A DNA stretch of 63,808 nucleotides, filler included, from Paramecium tetraurelia (Eukaryota): NCBI GenBank assembly GCA_000165425.1. It is 6 parts of 5 records of this genome, joined end to end, with 100 filler letters (N's around TTAATTAATTAA, not from the genome) between each part and the next. Parts side by side here need not be neighbours in the genome. Positions count along the whole stretch, not along the records: positions 1 to 20,156 come from CT868095.1; 5 more parts are not named here. One strand, given 5' to 3'. Below are positions 1-15,095 of this stretch, in pieces. The number at the start of each line of letters is the position of its first letter. Within the stretch, counting starts at the first letter, position 1. The position numbers were made by a program, and so were the translations under genes. The notes under the pieces are model-generated. The model was given only the letters and a program-made list of their open reading frames with translations. It made no database searches and was not told the DNA's origin.

Positions 1-3000
1 TGGACGGTTTTTGCTGAATCCTATCTACTCGTCCGGATCGTTCGGAGTTGGAACAACAATGGCCATGGGTAGAATAGCTGGATCTTTAACTAAGGATACA
101 ATTAATATAATCAGAACTTAGCATTTATATATGTAAAACCTATTCATTTTATTGCAACTAAAAAGTTTAACGCTCGAGATAATATTTAGCAAAGTTATTT
201 CTTAAAACAACTTGAATATAATAGGTTTTAGAATATTTTATGTCCATCCAATAATCCAATATTTAACACATCAGTTTTGAGTTTTCTAGGCGGAATATGT
301 ATTCGGCTATTAACCTTATCTTTGTTCATTGAGGGGTTCCTCACTTTGATAACTCTAATAAGAACCTTAAATTAAATCCTAGCAAGTGGATTATTTATTT
401 GAAGAGCCATGTTTATCTTTCATAATTCATAATTTGCTGAAGATTCTCTTTTATAATAATAAATTTTTAGATTTAAACTTTAAGTGATATTTTACTGTTT
501 CGCAGAACAAAAGTTATTATTATTTGTTCAATCATATTATTAATTTTGGACCTCTATACGAATTTCAATACTAGCTTTCAATTCATAGAGAGTGTTAGAA
601 ATGCAATTCTTTTTAGCCAAAAATGTCATTAGCATCTACAATAACAAATTAATTTCTAATTGTTTTTAATTTAAAAGTAGATCTGTTTGCCATATTCAAT
701 TAATTTTTGTTTCAAATAAAGACCATAGCCAAATCATATTACAATAATAGTGATTATTGCCATATTTTCATTTATACAGAAAAGAAAAATTGAGTTTATT
801 ATATTATAATTTAATTCAATTAAATTACCTCAAAATATAAGTAAAGTGAGTAAGAGATTTCGTTAAATTGTGTAAATGTAAACTTTTTTAATCTAATATG
901 CTCTTTCAATATATCGCTGCTACAATGAATAAATTTGAAAATTATTGGCCACTTAATTAAGTATATTTGAGAATTCGAAAAAATCCTTAATGCAAGATTT
1001 GAAGTTTCACAACTGTATTGTATCGTATGGTTTTGTTAGAATTAAGATAACAAGCATAAATTTCACCAAATATGTTTTTGTTTCAAAATGACAAGATAAG
1101 ATTTTCAATTTAAGAATATAGCTATCTTCAATTAGTATTATGGATGTCATCAAGTAGGTTAGTGGGAAAACGTCGCTCTGAAGAAGTGAAGTTCCGAGTT
1201 CAAGTCTACGGGGTGGTGAATTTGTGGTTTTTCTTCAAACAATTTAAAAAAAAATAATTAATGAATAGATGATATAAAAGGATTTCAATTATATATTGCA
1301 CANNNNNNNNNNNNNNNNNNNNNNNNNNNNNNNNNNNNNNNNNNNNNNNNNNNNNNNNNNNNNNNNNNNNNNNNNNNNNNNNNNNNNNNNNNNNNNNNNN
1401 NNNNNNNNNNNNNNNNNNNNNNNNNNNNNNNNNNNNNNNNNNNNNNNNNNNNNNNNNNNNNNNNNNNNNNNNNNNNNNNNNNNNNNNNNNNNNNNNNNNN
1501 NNNNNNNNNNNNNNNNNNNNNNNNNNNNNNNNNNNNNNNNNNNNNNNNNNNNNNNNNNNNNNNNNNNNNNNNNNNNNNNNNNNNNNNNNNNNNNNNNNNN
1601 NNNNNNNNNNNNNNNNNNNNNNNNNNNNNNNNNNNNNNNNNNNNNNNNNNNNNNNNNNNNNNNNNNNNNNNNNNNNNNNNNNNNNNNNNNNNNNNNNNNN
1701 NNNNNNNNNNNNNNNNNNNNNNNNNNNNNNNNNNNNNNNNNNNNNNNNNNNNNNNNNNNNNNNNNNNNNNNNNNNNNNNNNNNNNNNNNNNNNNNNNNNN
1801 NNNNNNNNNNNNNNNNNNNNNNNNNNNNNNNNNNNNNNNNNNNNNNNNNNNNNNNNNNNNNNGGAAGTCTCTTTGTTTAGAAAGGAAGTATTGATAAAAA
1901 TTAAGTTAGTTTAACATAGTGTTATTATATGAATAATAAGTCTATCAAAGAAATTATACTACTTCTAATTTCTCAAAATAAATCTAGGTTGTACCTCTAA
2001 ATTCCAATTTTTATTCACACAAATATTGAGACCTCCATTAGAATTATAGACATTTGTATAACAGCCACAGAATCTTAATTAGCCTTCTTTCTAACTATTT
2101 AAGGTATATAATATAAGATCTCCATGTTTTATTCCGTCATAAACTACTTATTTTAGTGATCCAACCTTCCGAGTGATTAATTTTATAGTGCAAATTATAC
2201 CCATCTTGTTTAATGTGGATTTTAATTTAACTAATAGCTTCATTCAATTAAATAAAGGATATATGTAATTTATTCTTCGAAGGCTTTCCAATCATGTTTG
2301 TGAATTCTTTAAGATCAAGCTGATGCATATGGTACTTTTCACAACATATTTCCTCTTAGTAAAAATAGTTTTTATCTTTAAGTTTAATCTCCTTCTTTTG
2401 ATATAATCTTTTCAGGTATCTATTACCTATTATAGCCTCTATTAATAGGCCCTTGTGGTTGGCTTTTTTTGATTGAATGGCTTAATACTATAATTCTGAG
2501 AAGTTTTTATTTTGAATACTTAATATTTATTCCAGTTGTGAATTAATTTTATGATTCTTTGTTCATTTTCACCAAGGTATTTTTTCCTTATTTTCTATTG
2601 AATATAAGCGGTTTACATTTGAAGGTTATGCATAAGACTTCCAATATCCTTTTATTAACGTTATTACTATCAAACAGTGGATCTTGTTTAAGGTCCTCCT
2701 CTGAGCATTTCTGCTGCAATATTTCGATAAAAGACTTTCATTGTTTCTTTAAGCGTCACTAGATTTTGGTGTCCTATAATAACATATTCACAGCCATGAA
2801 TGTTTGATTATCTATGTTTTCCACATTTGAGCCATAATTTAACTTCTATTTTCTAATATAATTGAATAAATTAAGTGCTAATTTTAGACTTGAATGTTAG
2901 ATACTAATTCATTAATCTCTAAGTATTTAATTTCTAATTTCATGATAATACCCCATATTGAAAAAGCGAAAACTAATAGCCTAAAATATAAATTATAATT

Positions 3001-4039
3001 AATTAATTGTTGTTTTTGGAGATTTCATTAGCAAATATATAGACATTTAATATTTTATTCATTATTAAACAATTGGATATTCCTTTTAAAAGGAACCATT
3101 ATAACTTAAAAAAGAAATTGAATCATTTCCATTTTTTTTTTTAATCTTTTATTTTAAATTCATTAAAAATATTCTCAATGCATTAACTTTACCCCTCCTT
3201 AAACTCTATAGATGAAGATGAATCCAGCAACCCCCACAGACCATATCATCAGTAAAATAATAATAATTTGAAAACCGATATTAATTTTTCAACCTTTCAA
3301 AATGCACAATAAATTATTACTGCCACCAAAGACTAATTAAATATGCTACATCAACTATTCATATTTTATCCCAGCAATTTTATAAATACGCATTTTAATG
3401 CAAAATCTACAAAGTCAATCATTATTATTTAAATAATTAATCTTTGAATAAATTTGGAATTGAATATAAGAATAAATTAAAAATGAATTAAATCTGAGTA
3501 ATTATATTGGATAATTTGATTATTAGATGATAATAAATTAACTAAAATTGCAATGTTCAAGAAAATTTTCAACTCAATGCAACAAACTTTTTTGTTTGTA
3601 TGTTACTAATTTAAAATAATTACATCATAAGAGAATATAAATTATAAGAATGTTATAGAAAATTCAAAAAAAAATAGTTCCTTTACATAGATGTATCATC
3701 TTACTCCCCTTGTTTAATAACCCAAAAATTAAGCTTAATCATGTTTAAAAGATGGGATGAAATGAAAAATGATTAAAAATAAATTGGATTTAAAATATGC
3801 ATGATTTTAATCCCAAAAAAAATAATTTTGTTAATAAAATCAAGTTTTACATCAATTTTAAGACAGAAGGTTAAATATAAATGATACCTTTCACAAAATT
3901 TATGAACAAAGCGATTGATATAACTCCTTTCAAATATTTTCATTTCAAAGTTGAATTAAAAATTAAAAATATATCTAAAGGATAAAGTGCATAGTTTAAT
4001 TAAAAATCCTAAATCCAAGACAAATAATGTAACAAATAT

Positions 4040-6000
4040 ACAGATGCTTCCAACTTTCGTAGTGTTAAAATTGTTATATCAAATGATTTAGAAATTTTGA
4101 TTGCTGGGTGTTGTTCTTGCAAAGCTTATTTTACTATAAATATTTTTAGAAAATTATGAAGTTACTTTTACATGTGCAGCTTGCTTACTTCTGGTACCTG
4201 CTGTTTTTCTTAGACCTTATTCCACTATAACAAGTAATATAAGCATTTTTTAAATAAGAAACCTTTAATAACTGTACTGATTAATTTATTGTTGTCTAGG
4301 TTTGCACAACATCCAGATCTGGAATCGTTTTTACTATAGGGTTTTGTAATTAATGCATTAGCCTTTGTTCTGCTTTAGAGATTCCCCAAATTCTGCTTTT
4401 CTTAGAGCTGAATCCTTTCAAACTTACAAGGATCTCAATTAATTTACAAGTCCAGAAGTATATGGGGCCTTAGTACCTGAAATACAAGAGGAAATTTATT
4501 ATGCCTCCTTTCTGCCACTTTATAGTTGTATGTCTTCTTGTAAAAAGTCAAAATACTGGATGCTTTGCGTTCTCCTCACTCTTATGAAGCAATTTTCTCA
4601 TCAACTTGTTTTCCATCCTTCAAGTGAATTTTTAAGGAGCATTTTTGTATAAATGATTTATAACTTTTACAAAATACTATGACCACTACTGTTTAATATT
4701 GTTCTAAGTAACTTACTACTTCTCAATTCCTTTATGCAACTAATGTGGATATATTTTCTTAGCTTTTACAACTCCTCACCTTTGATTGTAGTATGATAAC
4801 GTTAACAATGCCTCTACGCATTGTGAAGTTGACTATGATAAATCTACCATATCGTATTGTTTTTATTATGATTATTAAGATGGTACTATATCTCCTAAAT
4901 CCAATTAGCCATAAGGTGAATTTTTAGCCGACACTATATTATCAAAATGTTCTAGGAAATTAAGTCAAAGTCTCTAAATTTAGTAAGTAGATTGTTGCTT
5001 TTGTCATATTTTTGATTTGAACTTGAATATATCTCTCCATAGGTCTTGTGACCTTTTCATTTCTGTTTCAACATGATCCTAAGTTTATCCTCATTTGTGT
5101 ATGCAACGCTAAGAGATATATTACAAAAGAAGTACTTTTATATACCTTAATTTTTGCAGTATTAGTGCTTCTAATATATCATATTTTTCTTATTTTAAGT
5201 TCATATTGAAAATGAAAAATACAATTAAGTTAGGTATCAAACCTTAAATGATATAGCAATTCTCTTTACGATATAGGGTTAGAAAGATTTATTCAATGAT
5301 GATATCTGCTAAGAGTTATTATCTGAATGTTTGTATTAAATTTTTATGCTCTAAAAGTGATTAAGTTTCTCGCGTTCAGAACAATACTTATTACTGATAT
5401 GCACATTTTGTTGATCATATATAAATTACTTTCTATGTTGTTCCTGCAAATACTCTTGAGATAAATTGCAATAATGCATAACTGCATATACTAATTGCAG
5501 TGCGACTAAGACTTATGATTCATGGTAATTATAACTTCTGATCAAACAATGTACTTGATATGAAACTGTTATTGTCCTTAGTGTATATCTTTGTTGAAGG
5601 CTATTATATCATTGCTCCAACACTTTTTTACATGGTAAACTCTTTAGTGCAACTACAAATAAATTATAGTTCGCCAACCTTTTTAACTAAAAAAACAAAT
5701 ATGCATAAATTCTTGCTTATTTTATCAATTTAATGAAATTAGCAATATTGATTTTGATGTTATCCAAATTATTTAAACGTATATTAATCACTCAAACTTA
5801 CTTGTATAGCTTGCTCAATTCATAGCGCTACACAATGTTGAGGTTCTACCCGATGCTCCGTATCAATACAATCCACTAAATATGAGGATATAAATCAGAT
5901 ATAAAAGCCATTGTTTATATATCTGCAGATATAAATTGTGTGCTAGATCATATTAATCATGCATATCATAGTCGAAAAGATTTTAGCTAAACAAAGTAGA
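4040..6000 (+). pseudogene. Heavily decayed Cys-rich (furin-like) surface protein remnant
   Basis: Scattered short Cys motifs in shifting frames (FCNQCIS, CMSSCKK, TCIACSIHSATQC*) with TGA stops and no continuous ORF. Boundaries are approximate. Confidence 0.3.
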
Positions 6001-6249
6001 TGAATGATATTTATTAGCACAGAGACATAATAACGAAGTGCATTAATTACAAGAGGTTAAGTAAAAAGCAATTCGTGTACATAATTGTCTGTTACTTTTG
6101 TCAACATAATAACCCTCAAGAAATTAATAATCTATAGTTTTCATATTCTGGGTAGTTTGAGAATAGACATTTTGATTAATGTAACGTTTCATTTTTATGA
6201 ATTGATTAATTGTCTCTTTATCTAAACATCAATGTCATTACACAAACAT

Positions 6250-7830
6250 AAGCATTCCAGTGGGCAATATCAAAGATCGAGTGTTATCGTAATACATAGC
6301 CATACTCTATCTAATTTGCCAACCAAAGGTGCATATGGTAATATTAAATTGACACGATTTCATATGGAAAGTAAGTGAAATTAATATCGGATTATTACTT
6401 CAAGCAGCAAGGGAGGAAACAATCTTCAATATATTTAGGAATATGTATTGCATAAACACTCACTTGCTTATTTAAATCAGTACAGGGCTTGGCAAAATCC
6501 TTAAACATTAGTGAATAAATTTTTATACGAGAGATAATACCTAGTAAGTGTTTAGCAATTATTAATTTTGTAGCAAAAAGAGGATGAACCTTGTTTATGA
6601 TTGGTAGGCATTCCAAAAAAAATGCAGACTATCAGGAATAACCAGCAACTCATTTTTGAGATTCAACAGCAATTGTTAGACAAAGAGTTTAACATTTTAT
6701 AAATTGCTTTGATCGTAGCAAATAATAAAAAGTGGAAGTTGAATAATCACAATCAACATAAGATCATGGATATTTGGCGTCTAACTTTAGGTAGTAATAG
6801 AAATACAGTTGTACAATTACTTTAAATGCCAATAAATTTTTGCTAGGTAGCTAACATAGGGTTCTAGAAATATAACTTTGTAACTTAAGCGCATGGTTTC
6901 AGTCTTGCATTAAGCAAAATGCTGTCCATAAAAACGGGCAATGCATAATTAAGTTGTAATTCAAAAGTATCTCCAACAATTTATAATGGAAAGGAAACAA
7001 ATAGATACATTTAGAATTGTTGATGTAGTTCTATTTGGACAAGTGAACACAACTACAACCATATTTGGGACTATTAAAACAAGTATCAATACAGGTTGTG
7101 CAAAATATTACTCAGGTTGTAGAGCACTAGCATCATAACAACAATAGGCAATTTTTGTTTGATGTCTACAACAATCAAGGCACTAAAATACTACATTTTA
7201 GTTGGTAAATACTTTATGCAAGCAATGTTGAACATTCTTTACAATTACTTCTAGTCTGATAATTACCACCCTATATACTTGGATGCGTAATAATATAAAG
7301 AAACTCAGCTGAAGATTTACCAACACTACAATGTTTGGTACAATGCTCACAAATAGTTATGGCATAGGAGTATTATCCAGATAATATCATAGCATGATAG
7401 TAAACACAAGTGATTTTTATAATGTTAGGATAATTGTTTAGAGTGAACAATTATTTATCAATTTCAGTTATAAGGATGATATCAGTGGCACAAGACTTAA
7501 AAATGTACGTATTTAGAATGAATATGTTAAGAAATACAATTGCACACATATGGGTTATTAATATATGAAATTAGATGGAGAGCAAATTTGCTAAAATAAT
7601 GCACTGAATAGGTCCAACCAATTTTGGTTAATAAGGATCTACAAGAATCCAGTGAATAAGCAGAGAGAAATAACCGAATTATAAGAGAAATAAACTATAT
7701 TAGTTTAAATTGAATGAAAATTCTGTCTTTCGGATATATTATTTAACAAATTGTAAACCTATGGCAACTATTAATTCCTAATTATGATTGGTGTATTATT
7801 ATAATGGTGATTTACTATTTCTTTTTAATT
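6250..7830 (+). pseudogene. Decayed Paramecium surface-antigen-like Cys-periodic gene
   Basis: Fragments such as QSCIKQNAVHKNGQCII, TGCAKYYSGCRALAS, DGEQICQNN and YLTNCKPM occur in different frames, interrupted by stops. Boundaries are approximate. Confidence 0.4.
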
Positions 7831-8459
7831 TTTTATGGTGGAACTTTTTAACTGAAAAGCTATATTCCTTATTCATCTTGACAAGCATTTGGAAATTTGT
7901 AAATGGGGACTCAATCTCATATATGAAAATAGTAATATAATAAATTATATAATCTGATTAATAATGCATGTAAGGATTGTGTCATCATCATTTAATTGTG
8001 TGTTTTATTATTATTTAACCCTTTTAAGGAAATAACACACAGTTATAAATCATTAGTTTCACTAAATTTCTCTAATCTTCATTTTATTTCTGTTAGTACA
8101 AAGTTAATGTTATATTATTTATTAAATGAGCTAATTTTTTAATAAAAGACTTATTCATAATATTCTATATGCATTATTCATGTGGGAGTATTATTATTGT
8201 ATATTTAATAATTATCTAAAATGCACCAGAATTCATACGATTGATTTTATTATAGTGCTAAAATCCGCCACCATACAAAAAGCATTNNNNNNNNNNNNNN
8301 NNNNNNNNNNNNNNNNNNNNNNNNNNNNNNNNNNNNNNNNNNNNNNNNNNNNNNNNNNNNNNNNNNNNNNNNNNNNNNNNNNNNNNNNNNNNNNNNNNNN
8401 NNNNGTGGAAAAATCCGCCCACATATCAGAAGCATTGCTGCTTACAGAGATTATTATAT

Positions 8460-11400
8460 TATCCAAAATAATTCTAGTAGTGATATCACATGCAAATGCA
8501 TAAGGCTTTGTTCACCCTGGATCGAATTATACATGATCCAGAAAGCCATCACACAAACCAAGAATTAAATTTAATAAAAATAATAATTTTGTGTTTGACC
8601 AAGTGCTCATAATATTTATTAAGCTAATAAACAAAACATTTCTTTCTCACAAGTTTTGTGATTAATCTTAACGTTCTTATTTTTCTCTTCATACAATATG
8701 TGATTAGTGATAATTATTATAAAATTAATAACGTTAATTAATGCAATGTTGACTTTAGATCTACAGAATGGCAACCCTGTTTTATAGATTCTTTTGAACC
8801 TGAATTACAAGAGAAGATGCTAGTCACTAATGAAACTTTTGTTGAGATGCATTCACTAGCATCCCAACAACCCTAAATATGTTAAGCCATGTATTACTTG
8901 CTATATTTATGAAGATATCTTTGGCTCATGCTATTTGTACAACTTCATAGCATATTGATGTTACTTATATTATGCAGCTTTATTAGCTTCTGAACCATGT
9001 TATTTTAGATATTTTAAGACACTTCTAAATTTTCTTTTGATAGGCTTGCGAAAATTCTTTTACATTATGTAAAATCTGCAACAATTCAGCTTATCATTTT
9101 TTTAGAATTGCTCATGTAACACTATTTAATAAATTTATTGTTATAATCTTATAGCATGACTTTGTATCTACCTCATAGCTTCAACAGTAAATAAATGCTC
9201 AAACTTAGTGTGAATCTGATTATTACTTAAATGTAAGCAATTTTCTGTATTTCTCCAAGGGAAGGCTGTTCTGTTCAAAATGGAATATTAAACGTTGTAT
9301 TCTATTGCTTCCAAAAAGCTGCAATCTTTAAGCTAAAAAAAAAAAGTAATTATAGATTTTCTTTTTATGTCTTCATTTAGATGAATATTTTTGATGTGCA
9401 TGTTAAAACCATCTAACAAGACTGTATTACTAAACCTAAATAGGGCTACTTATTTTTATTGTCAAGCTTCCTTGCATTATATGTTAAGAACCAAATTACT
9501 TAGACTTTATCAAATATATTTTCTTTCACTTTTAAATCTTAGAATAGTGGTAATTTGGGTTTATTTTGTAATTTTTACTGTCTTTTCAATCAAAAAATTT
9601 TCATAACTCTTTACGAATATAATAATCCTTGCTAGAAACTAAGAGGAACTATCTATTATGGAACCAAGTATTTAGGTACAACACATGTAGTTGATGCCAT
9701 CACTATTTACAAGTATAGGGCGAACCATGACTGGTTTTAAATCGAAAGGTGATTGTGATTATTGTGACAGCATTTCAACGCCATGTTGTAATAGCTATCT
9801 GTGGAGGGAAATTTGATATTAGTTGAAGGCAATTGAAAATGTATAGATGGTGTTTTCCAGGGGCAACAGATTTATAATATTCATTGTTAAATGAGGCTCT
9901 TGTATTAATGTTTAAACCTCACATTTTATAGCCTTACCTTATTGTACATCAGCATCTAAAACCACGATTGTTATTAAATACAATTTGTATTTAATAGGAA
10001 CTAAAAATATGGACTTAAATTCAAAGGAGTTAAAAAGCTTTCTCATACAGGACTTTTTCCTATCACATACTGGACAACACTGTTAACAATACTCATCTCC
10101 TTGCCATACTTGAGAAAATAAAAAATTTGAAAAACTGATACTTTTACAATTGCTGTTAATTTAAAAGTTAACCATTAAATTTATATGATTTCTATTTATT
10201 GTTAAATTTTTGTAGCAAATTATCATACTTGGTTGTTCAGCATGTTTAACATAATTTAAAAGTTAAATTGTGCATTATGTACTAACATACCTTTACTTCT
10301 CTCTTATAAATGTGTAGGTTGTACATAATTTAATATTACAATGCACCAAAAATCGCAGTCATCCATGTAATAATCATGGGACTACTTGCTAAAAATTTTC
10401 CTTATAAGACAAGATATTTATGGAGCAAATGCTGTATTTACAGACTATTAACCATAGCCTTGAATTAATAAAATTGAAATTTTAATAAGTAGCCGTTTTG
10501 AAAAACTTCCTCTTGAGATTTCTTTGATGCTTAGGATCAACTAGTACATGAGATTATATTAACCTTCCCTTCTGGGTTAGACTGAAGCCAACTCGCATCA
10601 TCATAAGGTTGTGTCCGATTATAAAGCTTCCACTTTATGCATTAGTTATTTTTAGTACAAACAGCTTATGCGTTCACAAATGTATACAGGTTGGTAATGA
10701 TTAAGAAAGTATGAATATTTTACAAATATTATNNNNNNNNNNNNNNNNNNNNNNNNNNNNNNNNNNNNNNNNNNNNNNNNNNNNNNNNNNNNNNNNNNNN
10801 NNNNNNNNNNNNNNNNNNNNNNNNNNNNNNNNNNNNNNNNNNNNNNNNNNNNNNNNNNNNNNNNNNNNNNNNNNNNNNNNNNTTGATAACTAGAGAGGCT
10901 CTGATGACTGCCGAAACACCCACTATATCCGTAATATAGTTGCTTGACACTGTAATAAGTTTAATTAAATGTTCCATAATTGGTAGTTAGATTTTTAATT
11001 TACTTGACAATCATTATTTAACACGCTGAACTTGTTTACCTACTTTTTACTTGTAACAAGTATAGGGCAAGCATAGAGGGCTAATTTACAGTGTAGTAGT
11101 TATCTATTAATATCCTAAATCGCGTCTGACTTTTTGAGATTAAATTACTTGCATTTATTGAAAGCTGGTGCAGGAATTTGGGCTAATAAGTAAAAAGAAA
11201 GTCAAATAATATTACTGATATTTAATAACTACTTCTTTTCTGACAAATTTTAATTGTAATTTAACACCAAAGTCAATGTTTATGTAGATCTACAAATGAT
11301 TTATAGAATTCTCTCTTATGGAACTTTTATAATTGAATTCTTCTTGTAATCTTTACTGTAAGCTCTGCCATTTGTAGATTATACTGGAGGAGCATAAATT
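8460..11400 (-). pseudogene. Decayed surface-antigen-like Cys-rich remnant
   Basis: Minus-strand fragments GCWDASECISTK, QCCPVCDRKKSC, LPYTCYK and NDCQV, with no intact frame. Spans the gap at 10733-10882. Confidence 0.3.
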
Positions 11401-14400
11401 GCGATTCATACTGTAGTGATGTTCAGATACTATTTAGGATAAAGATTTTCCTTTTTTTGAGATTAAAAGAAAAATGTTGTATAGAGAAATAAACTCAGTT
11501 GCTTTGATCAACATAAGAGCACAAGACAATAATAATTGTCATACACTCAGGAGGCAAGCAAGCTCAATGTGCACAATAAAAGAAGCAAATTCTTACTACA
11601 TGTAGTTAAGGAAGGTAAGATAGTGAAAACTTACCTGAAAGACAATAGGATTTTAGGAGGTCTCAGAAATATACACAAAATAGTATTAGATCAATTCTGA
11701 TTCATTGCATTTTTAGCATATTGTAATAGTAATGAAGTTTATTAGACTTAGATGTTTCACAAAAATGATGAGAGATCAATTCCAATAATAACAAAATGAG
11801 CAATAATAGATGTAGTGATGACTACTAAATAAGCTCTTAAAGTTATAACCAGAAATATTTATTAGTTGTAAATATGGTTGGGCAAGGCATGTTCCAAGAA
11901 TAAAGGCAGAAATAAACTCAAGTATAATATTGATTAATTCATTACCAAAAAATTAGCTTACTATAAGAATCAAAACCAGTCTACAAAAGATTAGGATATA
12001 ATCCTGTAGCCAACTAATGAAGTGATTCTTGCTCCTATTTTTGACCGAAAAAAAATTAAAAAATGTTTAAATACTGTGGAACTTGAATAAATTTATTTTG
12101 CCAACTACTTCAAAAATTGTACATGAGGAGACTTCTTAAAAGATGATATTGTATGCCCTGTTTGTACTATCTCAATTTTGTTAAGTTGAGTTGTATCGCA
12201 AACTTAAAATGTTTTGACCATTCTAAATGTTGAGCTTGCCCTTTGGTAACTAATATCAACTAGAGCTGAACTTAGTTAATTTTGTCTATATGAAGTATTC
12301 GTACTCATAGTTCAAGCATCGAATTTTCAGGAGATGAAGCTGCTAATTAAACAATTCAAAATTTGAGAACGAGATTCAGGAGTAGTTCAATTATACTTAA
12401 GATGTGAAATTTAAAGATGAATGTAAGTATGATTTCTTAAAAATTGTAACACCAGCCCAACCTTAGGAGAAATATAGGATAGGATATTATTATACTAGTC
12501 CCTATTTAAGCAACAATGTGGAATTTTCTAGTAAGAAATACACGTTCACAGATAACATATGTTCTTCATGAACTGATGTCTATTCCGAAGCATATTGATC
12601 AAATTGTATGAATCCTGTAAACGATGTATTAATAGCTGATATGAAACCTTCTAGCTTTTGGTTTTAAATATCAGCGAAGTATCAACTTCCTTTTTCTTAA
12701 GTTTCAAAATATTCCTGTAACCACGATTAATTCATATAAAACATTTTAACATTGCGGATCTGAGTTTTATGCAAATGCTTTTCATGTGAATGTTGGTTCC
12801 AACATGAATCTCATCTAAAACGAGAAAAACCTTTTCATAATGTAAAGCAGTTTCCTAAAACTTTTGGAAAGTCAGCTCTCTACCATCCTCATTCTAGTAA
12901 CCCCACATCGAAAATCTTACAAGATGAATTTTGAGAATGTCATTAACCCATCTAAGTTATTTACTGAAATTCTAGCAAACTTTCTTCTGAATATTGTAAT
13001 AATACCTCCCTTAATATCGTTGCTTGCTTTAAGTTTAAGTTCTTCACTACAGTAGTCATTGATTTGTTCCTAATAATAGAATGCATTTCTATTAAACCTA
13101 TCATTATCATCATCTGCAATAACAGCCAGACTTAAAATTTAATATTGAGTAGAAGGTTACGTAATAAAAATTAGCATTAGTGAAAATAATCTCACTTTTA
13201 AATTGTTTGTTGTCACTAGATACAATTTCAATTACAAATCTAGAAGTTTGCTGTCAATCTTCTTTAAATCCTAATAATAAATGCACAATGTTGTATTGCA
13301 TTATAAAAGTGTACTTTCTACCTCTTTTTTTACAATTAATCAAAGTGTACTTGTAAGCGGCTTAATTTTTAGCTATGTTTAAACTACTTGTAAAATGCAA
13401 ATTATTTGAAATTAAGCCATCAAATATATTTGTAAGTTAATTTCCTCAATTTAATGCCTGGTGTGATTTTATCTAATGAAATGCATAAAGTATTCGCTGT
13501 TATAGATATTTTCATCTACTATTTTCTAATTTGGATATAAACTTATGCTTATTTTATATATCTGCTAATTATCTATAAGATAAATGTGATGCATACTAAT
13601 ACTATGGCTTTCTTCCAACACCTATCATACTTAAAATTATTCTTATAAAGAGTTAAGAAACACAATATGTTTTCATGACGGTATAAAGGAGATCTCAACT
13701 TGTGATTATCTACCAATATTGGATTGGATAAGTGTTGCTCTATTAATAGAAGAATTACCTTTGTTTTGAATCAATAATTGTTTAATATGTTCTGGTACCT
13801 ACACATTTCTGTTACATTCCAAGCTCACATTTATCTCATCCTGCATGCCAACATAGTTCGTATCATATTCTTAATTAAACACTAAATGGTTTCGGATATG
13901 ATATTATTGTAAAGTCTGTTAGATATTATATTTGAACTTGCATATTGTGGAAAGTTATTTGTAGTGAAACAAGATTCGAGCATAGGCAAACTTTTTTTTT
14001 GAATTAATTATAAAATTATTGTAAAACTATTAAAATGCTTAATTTGATTAATAAACATACATAATAATTGATTTGATGTTAATTAAATTACTCAAATTTG
14101 TCTAATGAGTCTATTACTAGATTTAACTAATTTATTACCTTGAATATTTATTACCCGTTTGCAATTAGTGTTTTTTTTTATTCTTTCTTATTTTAGCTTT
14201 TGCCCCTTGATACTTTGTTGATGATGGAGATAAAAACATCAATATTTATGTTTAGTTTGTCAGAATAGTTTCAATAATGGCAATAGTGATAGTAATCCAT
14301 TCAAAAAGCCACTCAAATGTATACTTTATTGTAATTTTGATGTAATTTAAGCATGTTCTACTCTTATTTTATTTTTATGAATTGTGAAACTGTCCTTTCA

Positions 14401-15095
14401 CTTAAGTAGTTCTGAATTATTTTCTAAATAACAACTAAAAAAAGATGCTTGATCAAAAATATCAATAAGCATAACAGCTACATGTTGAGCAAGGAGTAGA
14501 GTGCATAATTTAAGGATGATATACATATGTAAACAATGCAGTTAAAAGAGCTAATTTATGCTTTAATTAATACGTCTGCTATGATAAATAGAGGTGTAAT
14601 AAATCCACAGGTGACCTACCATTATCACTATTCTATTAATTATGCCTGAGGAAATGATCCTCTGTTTGAAACCAGCGCTAATCTAATTTGTATGACTTGA
14701 AAGAGTTTCAAAAGACAACATATCATACTTTATTAACCCCCCTAATTTATAACCCCTTAAATCTCATCTTCCATTATGATAAGGTGAAAATAAAACTTAC
14801 AAATTCCTTCTTAACCCAATTTTTTACGGCAAAATATAACAGTAAACAACAGGTTTTGAATCAAAACCAGTTAAGTGTCTGATTAATCAATTTTGATGTA
14901 TTTTATTTTAAGGGAAGAGCAGAATTAGAGTGGCTGTACAGTACTGAGAGAGAGACGGAGATTAAGAATCTTAATAGAAATTTGTAATTTAATTGATGTT
15001 TTGTTTAATTGCTATGCGAAGCTATGGCAAATAGTGAAAAAAATCTCAGATAACATTATGATAAGGGATAAAGGTATTTTGTATAATTTTTTTAA

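Noticed and set aside
1863..2835. Possible minus-strand gene starting MAQMWK
   Set aside because: TGA stops occur in all frames and no family is recognisable. It is probably a relic but cannot be supported as a call.
8258..8440. Direct repeat aaatccgcc..cata..a.aagcatt on both sides of the 8287-8404 gap
   Set aside because: It looks like the same sequence read twice at low quality on unmerged contig ends, not a target-site duplication.
10895..10960. Hammerhead-like core CTGATGA-CTGCC-GAAAC
   Set aside because: There is no proper stem II and no downstream NUH plus stem I partner complementary to gaggct. It also sits next to a gap.
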